NCBI GenBank assembly: GCA_963785725.1
Contig: CAWAWS010000039.1
Span: 64,001 to 128,000 of the forward strand
Origin: an uncultured delta proteobacterium
Lineage (GTDB): Bacteria; Myxococcota_A; Polyangia; Palsa-1104
Reading direction: 5' to 3'
Length of the DNA: 64,000 nucleotides
The notes under the pieces were generated by a model that saw nothing but the letters and a program-made list of their open reading frames with translations, was not told the origin of the DNA and ran no database searches. The translations under genes and the position numbers were made by a program. Of this stretch, positions 1 through 10,918 are shown piece by piece (within the stretch, counting starts at the first letter, position 1; each line of letters starts with the position of its first letter).

Positions 1-2
1 CG

Positions 3-986
3 TTTGGCGATACGGGAGTCCAAGCGCTGGCCACGGCGGACCCTCCGATGCACGCACTGCACAGAGGCACGGTCTTTCCTGAACTCGTTGCCAAGCGCAT
101 GGCTGCTCTAGAACCCGACGTGGTAGAGATCGCCGAGGAGTGCGTGAGCCAAGCACTCAACGAAGGATCCGTGGACTTCATGGGCGCTATCGGCAACGTC
201 GTACCCATCAAGATGATCAGCCGGCTCATCGGTTTCCACGACAGTGACCTCGAGCAGTTGTTGCGTGCGGCCTTCGACTCGACCGCCATGCTGGGATCGA
301 CCCTTTCCTACGATGAGTTGGTCGCTCACATCGCCCGGACCGGTGAAATCGAGGGGTGGGTATCTGGCCAGCTCTCAGCCGCCATGAACGAGCCGTCCCA
401 TGACCTTCTTGGAGCCGTCGCCGAAGGTGTCAAGAATCAGGCGTTCTCCGAGGTCGAGGCCGTCGTCATCCTCCACACCCTGCTGAGCGCTGGTGGAGAA
501 TCCACGACAAGCCTGATCGGGAACGCTGTGCGCATCCTGGCTGAAAATCGAGAGCTTCAGAGTCAACTACGTGCGAATCCTGAGTTGATCCCCATGTTCG
601 TGGAGGAGGCGCTGAGGCTCGAGCCACCATTCCGTTACCACATGCGTTACGTGCCGAATGACACCTCCCTCGGAGGGGTGGAGATCCCCGCCGGGGCAAC
701 GGTCCTACTTCTGTGGGGTGCGGCCAACCGTGACGCCGCAATGTTCGATCACCCCGGGTCGATCGACCTGACCCGGGAGGCGCCACGGCGACATGTGGCA
801 TTCGGTCGAGGCATCCATCACTGTGTCGGGGCGCCCCTGGCTCGGGTCGAGGCGAGGAACGTGCTCAGCGTTCTGCTTGCGCGAACGAGTGACATCACCC
901 TCGATCCTCGTCGGCCGCCGAGATGGGTGAATAGCCTGATGGTCCGCCGTCACGAGGAACTGCCGGTACGACTTCTGGCCGCCTGA
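3..986 (+). CDS. Cytochrome P450, 5'-truncated by the window edge
   Basis: Frame open from base 3 (DPPMHALHR). I-helix AGGESTT, ExxR (EEALR), heme motif FGRGIHHCVG. Confidence 0.95.
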   Translation, partial: FGDTGVQALATADPPMHALHRGTVFPELVAKRMAALEPDVVEIAEECVSQALNEGSVDFMGAIGNVVPIKMISRLIGFHDSDLEQLLRAAFDSTAMLGSTLSYDELVAHIARTGEIEGWVSGQLSAAMNEPSHDLLGAVAEGVKNQAFSEVEAVVILHTLLSAGGESTTSLIGNAVRILAENRELQSQLRANPELIPMFVEEALRLEPPFRYHMRYVPNDTSLGGVEIPAGATVLLLWGAANRDAAMFDHPGSIDLTREAPRRHVAFGRGIHHCVGAPLARVEARNVLSVLLARTSDITLDPRRPPRWVNSLMVRRHEELPVRLLAA

Positions 987-1293
987 GGGCTGCCCCCATG
1001 GTGCCTGATTGTGGGCAGGCAACTATCGCGAGCACTCCGCGAAGATGAGCCCTCCAAGTCCTGGTGTTTCGGCGGGCTAAGCCACATCCCAAGACTGGGG
1101 CAACTGTCGACACAACGGCACGACTTCGGGAGGGATTCGACCACAATCCCATTACCTCTACCGGCCGTCCCTCACATGCAGGGCCGCCGCGTATCGGGGG
1201 GGCGCCGGCGGCACCGTCCTACACTCGCGCGACGTCCCGCGGTCGGCGTCCTCCAGTCGGTACTCTTCGGTCCGGAGCCGCCCGTCCGAGTCG

Positions 1294-2748
1294 TTGATGG
1301 AGGTGCTGATGGTCGTCCGTCGAAAACACCTAGGCATGGCACTCACCTCGGCACTGGCGTTGCTCGTCGCCGCGCTCATGCTCCCGCTGCCCGGACCGTC
1401 GCCGCCAGCCACGGCGGCGACGGTCGAACTCCCCGCGTATTCGGGGGACGGCCCCGGCCAGGTGACATGCTCGCTTTCTTTCTACGCCTCCTTCTCGCCG
1501 CCCCTAACCCGCACCGGTGGCGGCACGGGCCCTTCGGCGGTGAGCGGGGGGACGTTGTCGGGGTGCACGGCCACCACGAACTCGGTCACGGTCACGGACG
1601 CCCGGTTCACCGGGAGCTACGCCACGAGCCCGCTGACCTGTCAGGACACCTTCACCGATGCCGCCGACACGTTGCACCTGACTTGGTACGGCACCGTGAA
1701 CGGCCCGGTCGCCACCTATCCCGACGCGATCGACTACGCCGGCAACGCCCGCTTCGCCACGAGCACCGTCACCGGTGGCATGGCCACCGGGTCATTCGCC
1801 GGCCCCGTCGTCGAACAGCTCCAGCCGCCCGCCGCGGGCACCGTCGCCGCGGACTGCGCCCTGCGCTCGGGCCTACGCAAGATCCTCATCAGCGGCACGA
1901 TCACCCTCGGCTCGCCCACGCCCGCCACGGTCCTGCCTACGTCGTGGTGGGTGCCGCCGCTGGGTGTGGTGCCCTGGCAGTGGGAGCTCGACCACACCCT
2001 CGACCTCTCCAATACGACGGACATGGGGACGAACGACACCCTGCCGAACGGGCAGCCGGCGCCCGATCCGGTGGTCTACGACATCGACGCGATCGACACA
2101 CCCGCCAGCACGGTGGCCGCTCTCCACGCCATGGGTGACCACGCAATCTGCTACACGGAGGTCGGGTCGGCCGGGAACTATTACGCAGCCTCCGAGGAGG
2201 GGCTGGCGACGAGCTACTTCCAGCAGTTCAAAGATGCTGGGGTCCTGGGCCGCAAGCTGAGCGACTACCCCGAGTACTTCTTGAACATCAACAGCCAGGC
2301 GACGCTCAACATTGTGGAGGACATGATCGCCCAACAGTGCTACGCCAAAGGGTTCGACGCGGTCGAGACCGACCTGGACGAAACGAACAACGAGAACGAG
2401 GGGAACACCGGCTTCACGATCACCGAGTCGGATGAGCAGAACTATTTGACGGCCCTGGCCGGCTTCATGCACTCGCTCGGCCTCGGCTGGATTGCCAAGA
2501 ATCTCGACGACACCGGTGACAACTTTGCGACGATCATGGAACCGCTCGCCGACGGCATGATCACCGAGCAGTGCAACCAGTACGACACCTGTGGGGCGCT
2601 GAGCGCCTACGTCGGGACGAAGGCCGTCTTCAACGCCGAGTACCCGCCGGAGACGACCTCGGAATTCTGCGTTTCAGACAACGCGCTTGGCTTCAACGGC
2701 GCGCTCTTCCCGGTCGCCCTCAACGGGCCGAGACACCCCTGCCAATGA
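1294..2748 (+). CDS. Secreted GH114 (endo-alpha-1,4-polygalactosaminidase-like) hydrolase with an extra N-terminal beta-rich domain
   Basis: Hydrophobic signal. C-terminal half has WQWEL, VYDID, AICY, GFDAVETD, KN, EQC and AEY, typical of GH114. Confidence 0.8.
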   Translation: MMEVLMVVRRKHLGMALTSALALLVAALMLPLPGPSPPATAATVELPAYSGDGPGQVTCSLSFYASFSPPLTRTGGGTGPSAVSGGTLSGCTATTNSVTVTDARFTGSYATSPLTCQDTFTDAADTLHLTWYGTVNGPVATYPDAIDYAGNARFATSTVTGGMATGSFAGPVVEQLQPPAAGTVAADCALRSGLRKILISGTITLGSPTPATVLPTSWWVPPLGVVPWQWELDHTLDLSNTTDMGTNDTLPNGQPAPDPVVYDIDAIDTPASTVAALHAMGDHAICYTEVGSAGNYYAASEEGLATSYFQQFKDAGVLGRKLSDYPEYFLNINSQATLNIVEDMIAQQCYAKGFDAVETDLDETNNENEGNTGFTITESDEQNYLTALAGFMHSLGLGWIAKNLDDTGDNFATIMEPLADGMITEQCNQYDTCGALSAYVGTKAVFNAEYPPETTSEFCVSDNALGFNGALFPVALNGPRHPCQ

Positions 2749-3178
2749 CCTCGTCCGAGGGGATCGCCACCGGGTCGTGGGGTGCCCAACAAAGCCGGTT
2801 CCGTGAGGACTTGAGACGAACGAGGTGCTCGCTGGAAGACAGCGGACCGATGGAATCGGGTCCGCCAAACCGCGCCGAACGCGTCGGTCAGGGCTTCATC
2901 AACGAGGCCAGCTCCCAAGACCCCTAGTGGAGTTGTGCGCGTTGCGTCCGCTTAGGACCACTCACCCGTATCGGCGATCGCGCTGCGGTCAAGTCCGCCC
3001 CGGCTCCCGACTGCAACCGCCCCGCCGGGCGCCACGTCACGCTCCGATTAGACCAGCGGGTGCGCCCTTGGGCAGGAGACAACGAAGCTTCACACCTCGG
3101 GGGGTCCGGCCGCGGCACCGACCACGTTCCCCGGCGATCCCTAACGGTTTCTTCGGGCTCGAGCATCCGTCCACGGGC

Positions 3179-3595
3179 TCAAGAACCGTTGTAGACGTAA
3201 CTCGGGTCCCAGATTCGGAAGAACGACTCCAGGGCGAGGGGAAGCGTGACCAACGCGATGCAGGCGATCGCCAGGGCCAGCAGCTGCACGGTCTTCAGTC
3301 TCGCCCTGTGTGCGGGAAGCCTCTTCATCCAAGAGAGGGCCTGGAATGCACCGACGGTGATCATGGCAAACGCGAGCGAGGCCAGGCCATTTTCCCAATC
3401 GGCGCCGGCGAGTATGAACATCTCGGCATTGAACAACGTCGCCGTAAGGAGCCGGTAACGCCGCCCGCCGGTCGTTCGGGGCCGACCCCGAGCCCAGCGG
3501 CGATGAGGCCCTGCACCGGCGCCCCCGGATCCGGGGGACGGCGACCGAACGGGACGCATCTGGGGGAATGGTCGGGTCCCGGCAGCCATGGGCAC
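3179..3595 (-). CDS. Possible small membrane protein (start uncertain)
   Basis: C-terminal ~90 aa has 2-3 hydrophobic segments; the N-terminus looks non-coding. Confidence 0.3.
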   Translation of the reverse strand: MPMAAGTRPFPQMRPVRSPSPGSGGAGAGPHRRWARGRPRTTGGRRYRLLTATLFNAEMFILAGADWENGLASLAFAMITVGAFQALSWMKRLPAHRARLKTVQLLALAIACIALVTLPLALESFFRIWDPSYVYNGS

Positions 3596-3624
3596 GGGTG
3601 GGGCGCGGCCGCCATACTTGGGGC

Positions 3625-5244
3625 ATGCAAAGCACCATGCAGAACGCCCCGCTCCTGATCCGAGACCTGCTGTTCCACGGGCAGCGGGTACACGGCGACA
3701 GCTCCGTCATCACGGTGGAGGAGGGTGGCAGCCGCAAGGCCACCTTCGCCGAGGTGGCCACCCGGGCCGAGAAGCTGGCCGCCGCCCTGACCCGGCTCGG
3801 CATTGAGCAGGGTGACCGCGTCGGCACCTTCTGCTGGAACAACCAGGGCCACCTCGAGGCGTATCTCGCCATCCCCTGCATGGGAGCGGTGCTGCACACG
3901 CTGAACATCCGGCTCCCGGCCGAGCAGCTGGCCTACGTCATCAACCACGCCGAGGACCGCTGCATCATCGTCGACGCCTCGCTCATTCCGCTGCTGGCCG
4001 CCATCAAGGACGAGCTCAAGACCGTCGAGACCATCGTCGTGGTGGGGGAGGGGGACACCTCCGCCCTCGGCGAGACCCTCTCCTACGAGCGGCTGCTCGC
4101 CGCCGAACAGCCGGGCTTCGCCTGGCCGGACCTCGACGAGCGGTCAGCTGCGGCCATGTGTTACACGAGTGGGACCACCGGCAGCCCCAAGGGCGTCGTC
4201 TATTCGCACCGATCCATTTGGCTGCACACCATGGCCGAGCAGGCGGCCTCCTCGGTCGGCATGGTGGAGACCGACCGCATCCTCATCATCGTGCCCATGT
4301 TCCACGCCATGGCCTGGGGCACCCCCTACGGCGCCTGGATGGCCGGCACCGACATGATCATGCCGCAGATGTACCTCATGGGCCAGGCGCTGGCGAACGT
4401 GATCAACGAGCACCACCCGACGCTCGCCTGCGGCGTGCCGACCATCTGGAACGGGCTGCTGGCGCTCGACACGCCGATCGACTTCTCGACCGTGCGCGCC
4501 ATCACGGCCGGCGGTGCCGCCGTGCCGCAGTCGCTCATCGAGGCGTTCGAGGAGCGCTTCGGCGCCACCATCATCCAAGGGTGGGGCATGACCGAGACGA
4601 GCCCGCTCGCCGCGTTCGGGTTGCCGCCGGCGCGCCATATCGACGGGCACGACGACATGTACTACAAGGTCAAGGCCGGTCGCGTGGTCGGCGGGGTCGA
4701 AGTGCGCGTCGTCGCCGAGGACGGGACGGTGCTCCCCAACGACGGGACGTCGGTGGGCGAGTTCGAGATTCGCGGGCCGTGGATCACGGGCTCGTACTAC
4801 AAGGACGAGGACCCGGCGAAGTTCCACGACGGCTGGCTGCGCACCGGCGACGTCGGCACGCTCGACACGCAGGGTTACATGACCATCTCGGACCGCACGA
4901 AGGACGTCATCAAGTCCGGCGGCGAATGGATCTCCTCGGTCGAGCTGGAGAATGCGGTGATGGGCCATCCCGACGTCTTCGAGGCGGCGGTGATCGCCGT
5001 CCCCGACCAGAAGTGGTCCGAGCGCCCGCTCGTGGCCGTCGTGCCGAAGCCGGGTCGCACGCCCGCCCCGGCCGACCTGCTCGAGTACCTGGTGGGCCGC
5101 GTGCCGCGCTGGTGGCTGCCCGACCAGTGGACCTTCGTCGTCGAGATCCCCAAGACCAGCGTCGGGAAGTTCGACAAGAAGGTCATGCGGGTCGCCTACG
5201 CCGACGGCGACTACACGGTGCAGCACACTCCGCTCCCGAAGTGA
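3625..5244 (+). CDS. Long-chain fatty-acid--CoA ligase (AlkK/DmdB-like)
   Basis: YTSGTTGSPKG AMP-binding motif, GWGMTE, WLRTGD, KSGGEWISS, PKTSVGK. Confidence 0.93.
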   Translation: MQSTMQNAPLLIRDLLFHGQRVHGDSSVITVEEGGSRKATFAEVATRAEKLAAALTRLGIEQGDRVGTFCWNNQGHLEAYLAIPCMGAVLHTLNIRLPAEQLAYVINHAEDRCIIVDASLIPLLAAIKDELKTVETIVVVGEGDTSALGETLSYERLLAAEQPGFAWPDLDERSAAAMCYTSGTTGSPKGVVYSHRSIWLHTMAEQAASSVGMVETDRILIIVPMFHAMAWGTPYGAWMAGTDMIMPQMYLMGQALANVINEHHPTLACGVPTIWNGLLALDTPIDFSTVRAITAGGAAVPQSLIEAFEERFGATIIQGWGMTETSPLAAFGLPPARHIDGHDDMYYKVKAGRVVGGVEVRVVAEDGTVLPNDGTSVGEFEIRGPWITGSYYKDEDPAKFHDGWLRTGDVGTLDTQGYMTISDRTKDVIKSGGEWISSVELENAVMGHPDVFEAAVIAVPDQKWSERPLVAVVPKPGRTPAPADLLEYLVGRVPRWWLPDQWTFVVEIPKTSVGKFDKKVMRVAYADGDYTVQHTPLPK

Positions 5245-5492
5245 GCAGTTCCAACGAGGCCGTCGACGAGCTGGCCGACCGGCTCGAAGGCGTCCTCGAG
5301 GAGCTGACCGACATGGCCCTGGACGCGCTCCGGCTGGCGTCGGCCGGCGACCCCGACTCGGCCGAGACCGGGGAGGCCCTCGCCCTGGAGAAGCGCATCC
5401 TCAAGGCCCGGCGGGCGCTCGAACGCTCGGTGGCCGCGCTGCGCGGGGGATCCCGGTCCGCCCACGCGGCGCTCGACGAGGGCGCCGGCTGA
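5241..5492 (+). CDS. Small helical hypothetical protein
   Basis: GTG start overlaps the ligase stop (GTGA); amphipathic helices, EKRILKARRALERS. Confidence 0.7.
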   Translation: MSSSNEAVDELADRLEGVLEELTDMALDALRLASAGDPDSAETGEALALEKRILKARRALERSVAALRGGSRSAHAALDEGAG

Positions 5493-6037
5493 CTCCTCTC
5501 CGCACGTTCGTGGCGGCCTGGCCCGACGAGCCGACGTCCCAGCGGTTGGCCGCCCTCGAGCTGGGGCGGGAGAAGAACCTGCGGCTGGTGGGACCGACCC
5601 GCTGGCACGTCACGCTGCGCTTCCTGGGCGAGGTGGCCGAGGCCGACCTCGAGCCCCTGGGTGCGGCGCTCCGGGCCGGCGTGGCCGGCCTGCCGGGCCC
5701 GGCCGAGTGCCGGCTCGGACCGGCCACCGCCTGGTTCTCGCGGGTCCGTGTCCTGCAGCTCCCGGCCCACGGGCTGAATGCCGTGGCGGCGGCGGTGCGG
5801 CGGGCCACCGCGCCCGTGGTGCCCGAACCGGACGGCCCCACCCCGCCGTTCAACGGCCACCTCACCCTGGCCCGGGTCAAGGGCCGGCTGGGCCCCCGGG
5901 CCCAGGCCGAGCTGGAAGGGATCCCGTTCGCCTCCACCTTCGCCGTGACGCACGTCGACCTGGTGGCCTCGGCACCCTCACCCCAAGGGCACGTCTACAC
6001 GACGCTGGCGCGGGCACCCCTCGGGGGCCCGGCCTGA
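5489..6037 (+). CDS. thpR: RNA 2',3'-cyclic phosphodiesterase (2H phosphoesterase)
   Basis: RTFVA N-terminus; two HxT motifs (WHVTLRFLG, GHLTLAR). Start uncertain (5489 or 5510). Confidence 0.88.
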   Translation: MTPLRTFVAAWPDEPTSQRLAALELGREKNLRLVGPTRWHVTLRFLGEVAEADLEPLGAALRAGVAGLPGPAECRLGPATAWFSRVRVLQLPAHGLNAVAAAVRRATAPVVPEPDGPTPPFNGHLTLARVKGRLGPRAQAELEGIPFASTFAVTHVDLVASAPSPQGHVYTTLARAPLGGPA

Positions 6038-6038
6038 A

Positions 6039-7583
6039 TCAGCTGGCGGAGCCGGTGAGGAACTGCGTGATGGCCTGCGCCATGGCCGCGGCGGCCTGCT
6101 GCTGGAAGGCCGGCGTCACCAGCAGCGCCGCATCGGTCGCGTTGCGCATGTTGCCGCACTCGATGAGCACCTTGGGCACCGTCGTGAGGTTGAGACCGGC
6201 CAGGTTGTTGCGGGGCTGCAGGCCGTCGACCCCGTCGTAGGTGCTGACCGGCATGGGCGTTCCAGCGACGAACGCGTTGCGCAGCATGGCGGCGAAGGCG
6301 GCGGACGACGCGATGACGCCGTTGTTGGGGCCGTCCGCCGTCGGTTCGAGCACCGCGAAGCCCCGCCCGTTCACCGGGCCCCCGTCGGCGTGGATGTCGA
6401 CCGCGACATCGGCGTGTGCGTTGTTGATGATGGCCGCCCGCGTCGTCACGCAGGGCCCGATGCCCTGGTTGTTCGGGCGGGTCAGAACCACGGTGGCGCC
6501 CTCCGCCTGCAGGTCGCTCTCCAGGTAGGTGGCGACGTTGAAGTTGAACTGGGCCTCGGTGTACCCGCTGTCCGTCGCCGTGCCCGTGGTGTCACAGGGC
6601 TCGGTCCCGGTGCCGTTGAACACCGGCGCGTCGATGATGTCGGGCGCGGTGTAGTTCAGCCCGTTGTGACCCGGGTCGATCCCGACCACCTCGCCGGCGA
6701 GGGGCTCGGAGCCCACGGCGAGCCAGTAGCCCGCCCCACCGCCCGCGGCGGCCAGGCCCACGACGGGACCGGGCAGCGTCGTCCCGCCCAGCGACCCGAA
6801 GTAGCGCGCGTCCCCGTAGGTGAAGACGCCGCCGTCGCGCGCCACGAGCCAATAGCCGCCGCCGTCGGTGGTGGCGGCCATGCCGGTCACCGGCAGCGTT
6901 GAGCGCGAGCGAGCCGGCCGAGCCCTCGAACGATCGCGTCGCCGTAGCTGAAGATGCCGCCGTCGGAGGCGACCAGCCAGTAGCCGCCGCCGCTCGGCGT
7001 GGCCGCCATGCCGACGACCGGCGCGTTGAGCGATCAGGCTGCCGGCCGAGCCGTCGAACGACGCGTCGCCGTAGCTGAAGATGCCGCCGTCGGAGGCCAC
7101 CAGCCAGTAGCCCCCGCCGTCGTGCGTGGCCGCCATGCCCACGACCGGGGCGTTGAGCGTCAGAGTGCCGGCCGAGCCGTGGAACTGCGCGTCGCCGTAG
7201 CTGAAGATGCCGCCGTCGGAGGCCACCAGCCAGTAGCCGCCGCCGTTCGGCGTCGCGGCCATGCCGACGATCGGCGCGTTGAGGTGCAGGCTCCCCGCCG
7301 AGCCGTAGAAGTGGGCGTCGCCGTAGCTGAAGACGCCGCCGTCGGAGGCCACCAGCCAATAGCCGCCGCCGTCGGAGGTGGCGGCCAGGCCGACGATCGG
7401 CGCGTTGGCGCCCGCCACCGCGTTGGCGCCGACGGCGGTCGTGCCGAACGGCACCACCGAGTTGGCCGGGGGAGCGGCGGCGGCAGCCGGCGTCCCCGGG
7501 CCGGCCAGCGCCCTGCAGGCCAGCGCCACGAGTGGGACCAGCGCGACCAGGCCGCGCCGAGCACGGGCCCGGCCGCCGATCAC
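6039..7583 (-). CDS. Secreted N-acetylmuramoyl-L-alanine amidase (Amidase_3) with N-terminal 40-aa repeats; compensating frameshifts near 7033 and 6900-6930
   Basis: Zn ligands DPGH, E, HAD, IECGNM; signal peptide; [17 protein letters not shown] repeats. Confidence 0.88.
   Translation of the reverse strand: MIGGRARARRGLVALVPLVALACRALAGPGTPAAAAAPPANSVVPFGTTAVGANAVAGANAPIVGLAATSDGGGYWLVASDGGVFSYGDAHFYGSAGSLHLNAPIVGMAATPNGGGYWLVASDGGIFSYGDAQFHGSAGTLTLNAPVVGMAATHDGGGYWLVASDGGIFSYGDASFDGSAGSLIAQRAGRRHGGHAERRRLLAGRLRRRHLQLRRRDRSRARPARSRSTLPVTGMAATTDGGGYWLVARDGGVFTYGDARYFGSLGGTTLPGPVVGLAAAGGGAGYWLAVGSEPLAGEVVGIDPGHNGLNYTAPDIIDAPVFNGTGTEPCDTTGTATDSGYTEAQFNFNVATYLESDLQAEGATVVLTRPNNQGIGPCVTTRAAIINNAHADVAVDIHADGGPVNGRGFAVLEPTADGPNNGVIASSAAFAAMLRNAFVAGTPMPVSTYDGVDGLQPRNNLAGLNLTTVPKVLIECGNMRNATDAALLVTPAFQQQAAAAMAQAITQFLTGSAS
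6722..7410 (-). repeat. ~120-bp coding tandem repeat, five units plus a partial ([36 protein letters not shown])
   Basis: Near-identical ccagtagc...gaagatgccgccgtcggaggc units visible in the DNA. Confidence 0.92.
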
Positions 7584-8605
7584 CCCGTGAACTCGTTCAC
7601 GGCGTCGATCAGCTGGCGCAGGCGGGCGAAGTGGAAGCGGTCGAAGCGGAAGGCGATCCGGGGCAGCTCGGGATGGTCGTTGCGCTCCGGCGGGAAGGGG
7701 CCGGCGGTGCGGATGTTGCCCCGCACCACAATGTCGGCAAAGCGCCGGTTCAGGTCGGCCAGCTCGGCCTTGCTCGGCTGCACCTGCAGCCGGAGCACCA
7801 GGAGGTCGCCCACGAAACGGATGGAGTGGTAGTTCCGGTAGAAGCCGAGGATCTCGTCGGCGGCCTCTTCGAGCGTGTTGGTCACCTTGAAGAGGGCCTG
7901 GTCCTCGGGCGAGACCCAGCCGGCGTCGATCGCCGCGTCCTGCACGAAGCGCAGCCACGCGTGCCAGTAGGTACCCCCGGGCGTCTCGACCATGACGACC
8001 GGCGCCGGCTCCGCCTTGCCCGTCTGCAGCAGGGTGAGCAGCTCGAAGGACTCGTCCTGGGTGCCGAAGCCGCCGGGCAGGACGGCGTAGGCGTGGGACT
8101 CCTTGATCAGCATGAGCTTGCGGGTGAAGAAGTAGCGCATCTCGACCAGCTTCGGGTCCTGCGCGATGAAGGGGTTGGCGTCGCCCTCGAAGGGCAGCCG
8201 GATGTTGACCCCGAAGGCATGGTCGCGCCCCGCCCCCTCCAGCCCGGCGGCCATGATGCCGGGGCCGGCCCCGGTCACCACCATCCAGTCGGCCGCCGCC
8301 AACTTGGCGGCCAGGTCGCGGGCCAGGATGTAGATCGGGTCGTCGGGCTTCGTGCGGGCCGAACCGAACATGGTGACCTTGCGGATGTGGCGGTAGGGGC
8401 GGAAGACCCGGAAGGCCTCGGCCATCTCGGCCAGGGCCGTGTTGGCGATCTTGAGGTCCCCGACCGACGTGCCCTCGCGGGCCAGGTCGCTGAGCGAGCC
8501 GATCATGTCCTGCAGCTCGCGGGCCTGCGCCGACGAGAGGTCGTGCCCGGCGAACAGGTCGTCGAAGGCGCTCTGGCGCGCTGCCTCTTCCGTGTCGTCG
8601 TTCAC
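7580..8605 (-). CDS. LOG family (TIGR00730) nucleotide phosphoribohydrolase with N- and C-terminal extensions
   Basis: FGSAR, TGAGPGIM, FFTRKLM, PGGFGTQDE; GTG start overlaps the fbiC stop. Confidence 0.9.
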   Translation of the reverse strand: MNDDTEEAARQSAFDDLFAGHDLSSAQARELQDMIGSLSDLAREGTSVGDLKIANTALAEMAEAFRVFRPYRHIRKVTMFGSARTKPDDPIYILARDLAAKLAAADWMVVTGAGPGIMAAGLEGAGRDHAFGVNIRLPFEGDANPFIAQDPKLVEMRYFFTRKLMLIKESHAYAVLPGGFGTQDESFELLTLLQTGKAEPAPVVMVETPGGTYWHAWLRFVQDAAIDAGWVSPEDQALFKVTNTLEEAADEILGFYRNYHSIRFVGDLLVLRLQVQPSKAELADLNRRFADIVVRGNIRTAGPFPPERNDHPELPRIAFRFDRFHFARLRQLIDAVNEFTG

Positions 8606-10908
8606 GCGCCGGCCAGCGCGTACAGGGTGGAGCGCTGCACCAGGGGCCGCCCGATCGGCGCCACGATGGCCTCGAGCTCCTCGACGCCCATGCGCTGCCC
8701 GTGCTGCGCGCCCGCCGCCCGCGAGATGTTCTCGTCCATCAGCGTCCCGCCCAGGTCGTTGGCCCCGGCCCGCAGCAGCTGGCGCGCGCCCTCGGCGCCC
8801 AGCTTGACCCAGCTCACCTGAATGTTGTCGATGTCGCCCGCGTAGGCGATGCGCGCCACCGCGTGCATCAGCACGGTCTCGCGGAAGGTCGGTCCGCGCC
8901 GCGCCTTGCTTCTGGAGGTAGATCGGTGTGGCCATGTGCACGAAGGGGAGCGGGACGAACTCGGTGAAGCCGCCGGTCTCGCGCTGCAGGGCCCGGGTGC
9001 GCACGATGTGACGGGCCCAGCTCACCGGCTGCTCGACCGAGCCGAACATGATGGTGATGTTGGAGCGCAGTCCCACGCTGTGCGCGGTGCGGTGCGCCTC
9101 CAGCCACTCCTCGGTGTTGATCTTGTCGGGGCAGATGAGGGCGCGCACGTCGTCGTCGAGGATCTCGGCCGCCGTGCCCGGCAGCGTCTTGAGGCCGGCC
9201 TCCTTCAGGCGGGTGAGGTACTCCGCCAGCGGGACCTCGGAGCGGCGCGCCCCCTCGGTCACCTCCAACGCGGTGAAGCCGTGGATGTGGATGTCGGGCG
9301 AGCCCGCCCGCACCGCCTCGAGCACGTGCAGGTAGTAGTCGCCGTCGAAGTTGGGGTGGATGCCGCCCTGCAGGCAGACCTCTGTGGCTCCCTCGTCCAC
9401 GGCCTCGACCACGCGCCGCGTGATCTCGTCGAGCTCCAGCAGGTAGGGCGCGCCGCGCAGGTTGAGCGAGAGCGGCCCCTTCGAGAAGGCGCAGAAGCGG
9501 CACTTGAACGTGCAGACGTTCGTGTAGTTGATGTTGCGGTTGCGCACGAAGGTCACGTCGTCGCCGGCGATCCGGCGGCGCAGGTCGTCGGCGACCTCGG
9601 CCACCAGGCGCACCTCGGGCCCGCGGGCGCCGAAGAGCGTGACGATCTCCGCCTCGCCCATCTCCTGACCCAGGGCCACGCCCGCCAGCACCTCGGCCAC
9701 GGCGCCGCCGCCGGCGGCGGCACGGATTTTCCAGCGGCACTGCTTCCGGCCGCGGCACGCGGCGCTGCGGTCGCGTCGAGCAGCGGCGGAGGGGGCTCCC
9801 CGCCCCCCGAGCACCACGACGTGTCGCGGGCCAGCCCCTCGGCGTCGGAGGCATCCAGGACCGGGAAGCGCAGCGCCGGGTCGAGCCAGCGCTCAGGGTC
9901 GAGGGCGAAGCTGGGATACACGGTGAGGCGGGGCGCCAGCGTGTGGCCGGCCACCTCGGTCGCCTCGCGCAGGATGTCGAGCGCCGGCCAGGCCCGCTCG
10001 GGGTTCACGTGGTCGGCGGTGACGGGCGACACGCCGCCCCAGTCGTCGATGCCGGCGTCGAGCAGCGGGGCCAGCTGGTCGGAGAGGTTCGGAGGAGCCT
10101 GCACGTGGATCTCGGGCGGCAGGACCAGGCGGGCCGCCGCAATGGCCCACTGCAGGTCCTCGGGGGGGCAGGGCTCGGCCCGGAACATGGCCGTGCCGGG
10201 CTTGGGCAGGAAGTTCTGCACAATGACCTCCTGCACGTGCCCGTGGCGGGCGTGCGACTCGGCGATGGCGTGCAGGGCAGCCAGCTGATCCGTCCGCGTG
10301 TCGCCGATGCCGACGAGGATGCCGGTGGTGAAGGGGATGGCCAGCTCGCCGGCGAACTCCAGAGTGGCCAGGCGCCGGGCCGGCTCCTTGTCGGGCGACC
10401 CGCGGTGCGCGTCCAGGCCCTCGGCCAGCGACTCGAGCATCATGCCCTGGCTCGCCGCCACGGGCCGCAAGGCCGCGAGCTCGGTGGCGTCGAGCGCCCC
10501 GGCGTTGGCGTGGGGGAGCAGGCCGGTCTCCTCGGCGACGAGGCGGCACATCGCCGCGAGGTAGTCCACCGTCGAGGCGTAGCCCTGACCGGCGAGCCAC
10601 TCCGCCGCGACGGGGTAGCGCAGCTCGGGCCGCTCGCCCAGCGTGAAGAGGGCCTCGTGGCAGCCCGCCGCCTGGCCGGCCTCGGCGATGGCCAGCACCT
10701 CCTCGGGCAGGAGATAGGGCGCGGTGACGCGGGCCGGCGCCTTGGCGAAGGTGCAGTAGCCGCACTTGTCCCGGCACAGCATGGTCAGCGGGATGAAGAC
10801 CTTGGGCGAGAAGGTGACCCGCCGCCCGTGGGCGCCGTCGCGCACGACGCGGGCGAGCGCGGTCAGGTCCTCGAGGGGCAGGCGCAGAAGATCGGCGTCG
10901 GAGAGCAT
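8602..10908 (-). CDS. fbiC: Bifunctional FO synthase (CofG-CofH fusion), frameshifted near 9725 and 8900
   Basis: Two radical-SAM motifs (CRDKCGYC, CTFKCRFC); DDWGGVSPVTADHVNPE; PGTAAEIL; ANDLGGTLMDENISR. Confidence 0.9.
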
Positions 10909-10918
10909 TGAGGCCAAT

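Noticed and set aside
2745..2930. SGPME...RVGQGFIN, faintly like an ISL3 transposase C-terminus
   Set aside because: Too short and degenerate, with no inverted repeats or other transposase motifs visible.
6722..7410. Regularly spaced repeats as a possible CRISPR array
   Set aside because: The period is 120 bp in a coding frame, the 'spacers' are also conserved, and no cas genes are present.
7580..9817. Apparent CofH-LOG fusion (745-aa ORF)
   Set aside because: Produced by the frameshift near 8900; the real CofH C-terminus is in another frame and stops at 8602.
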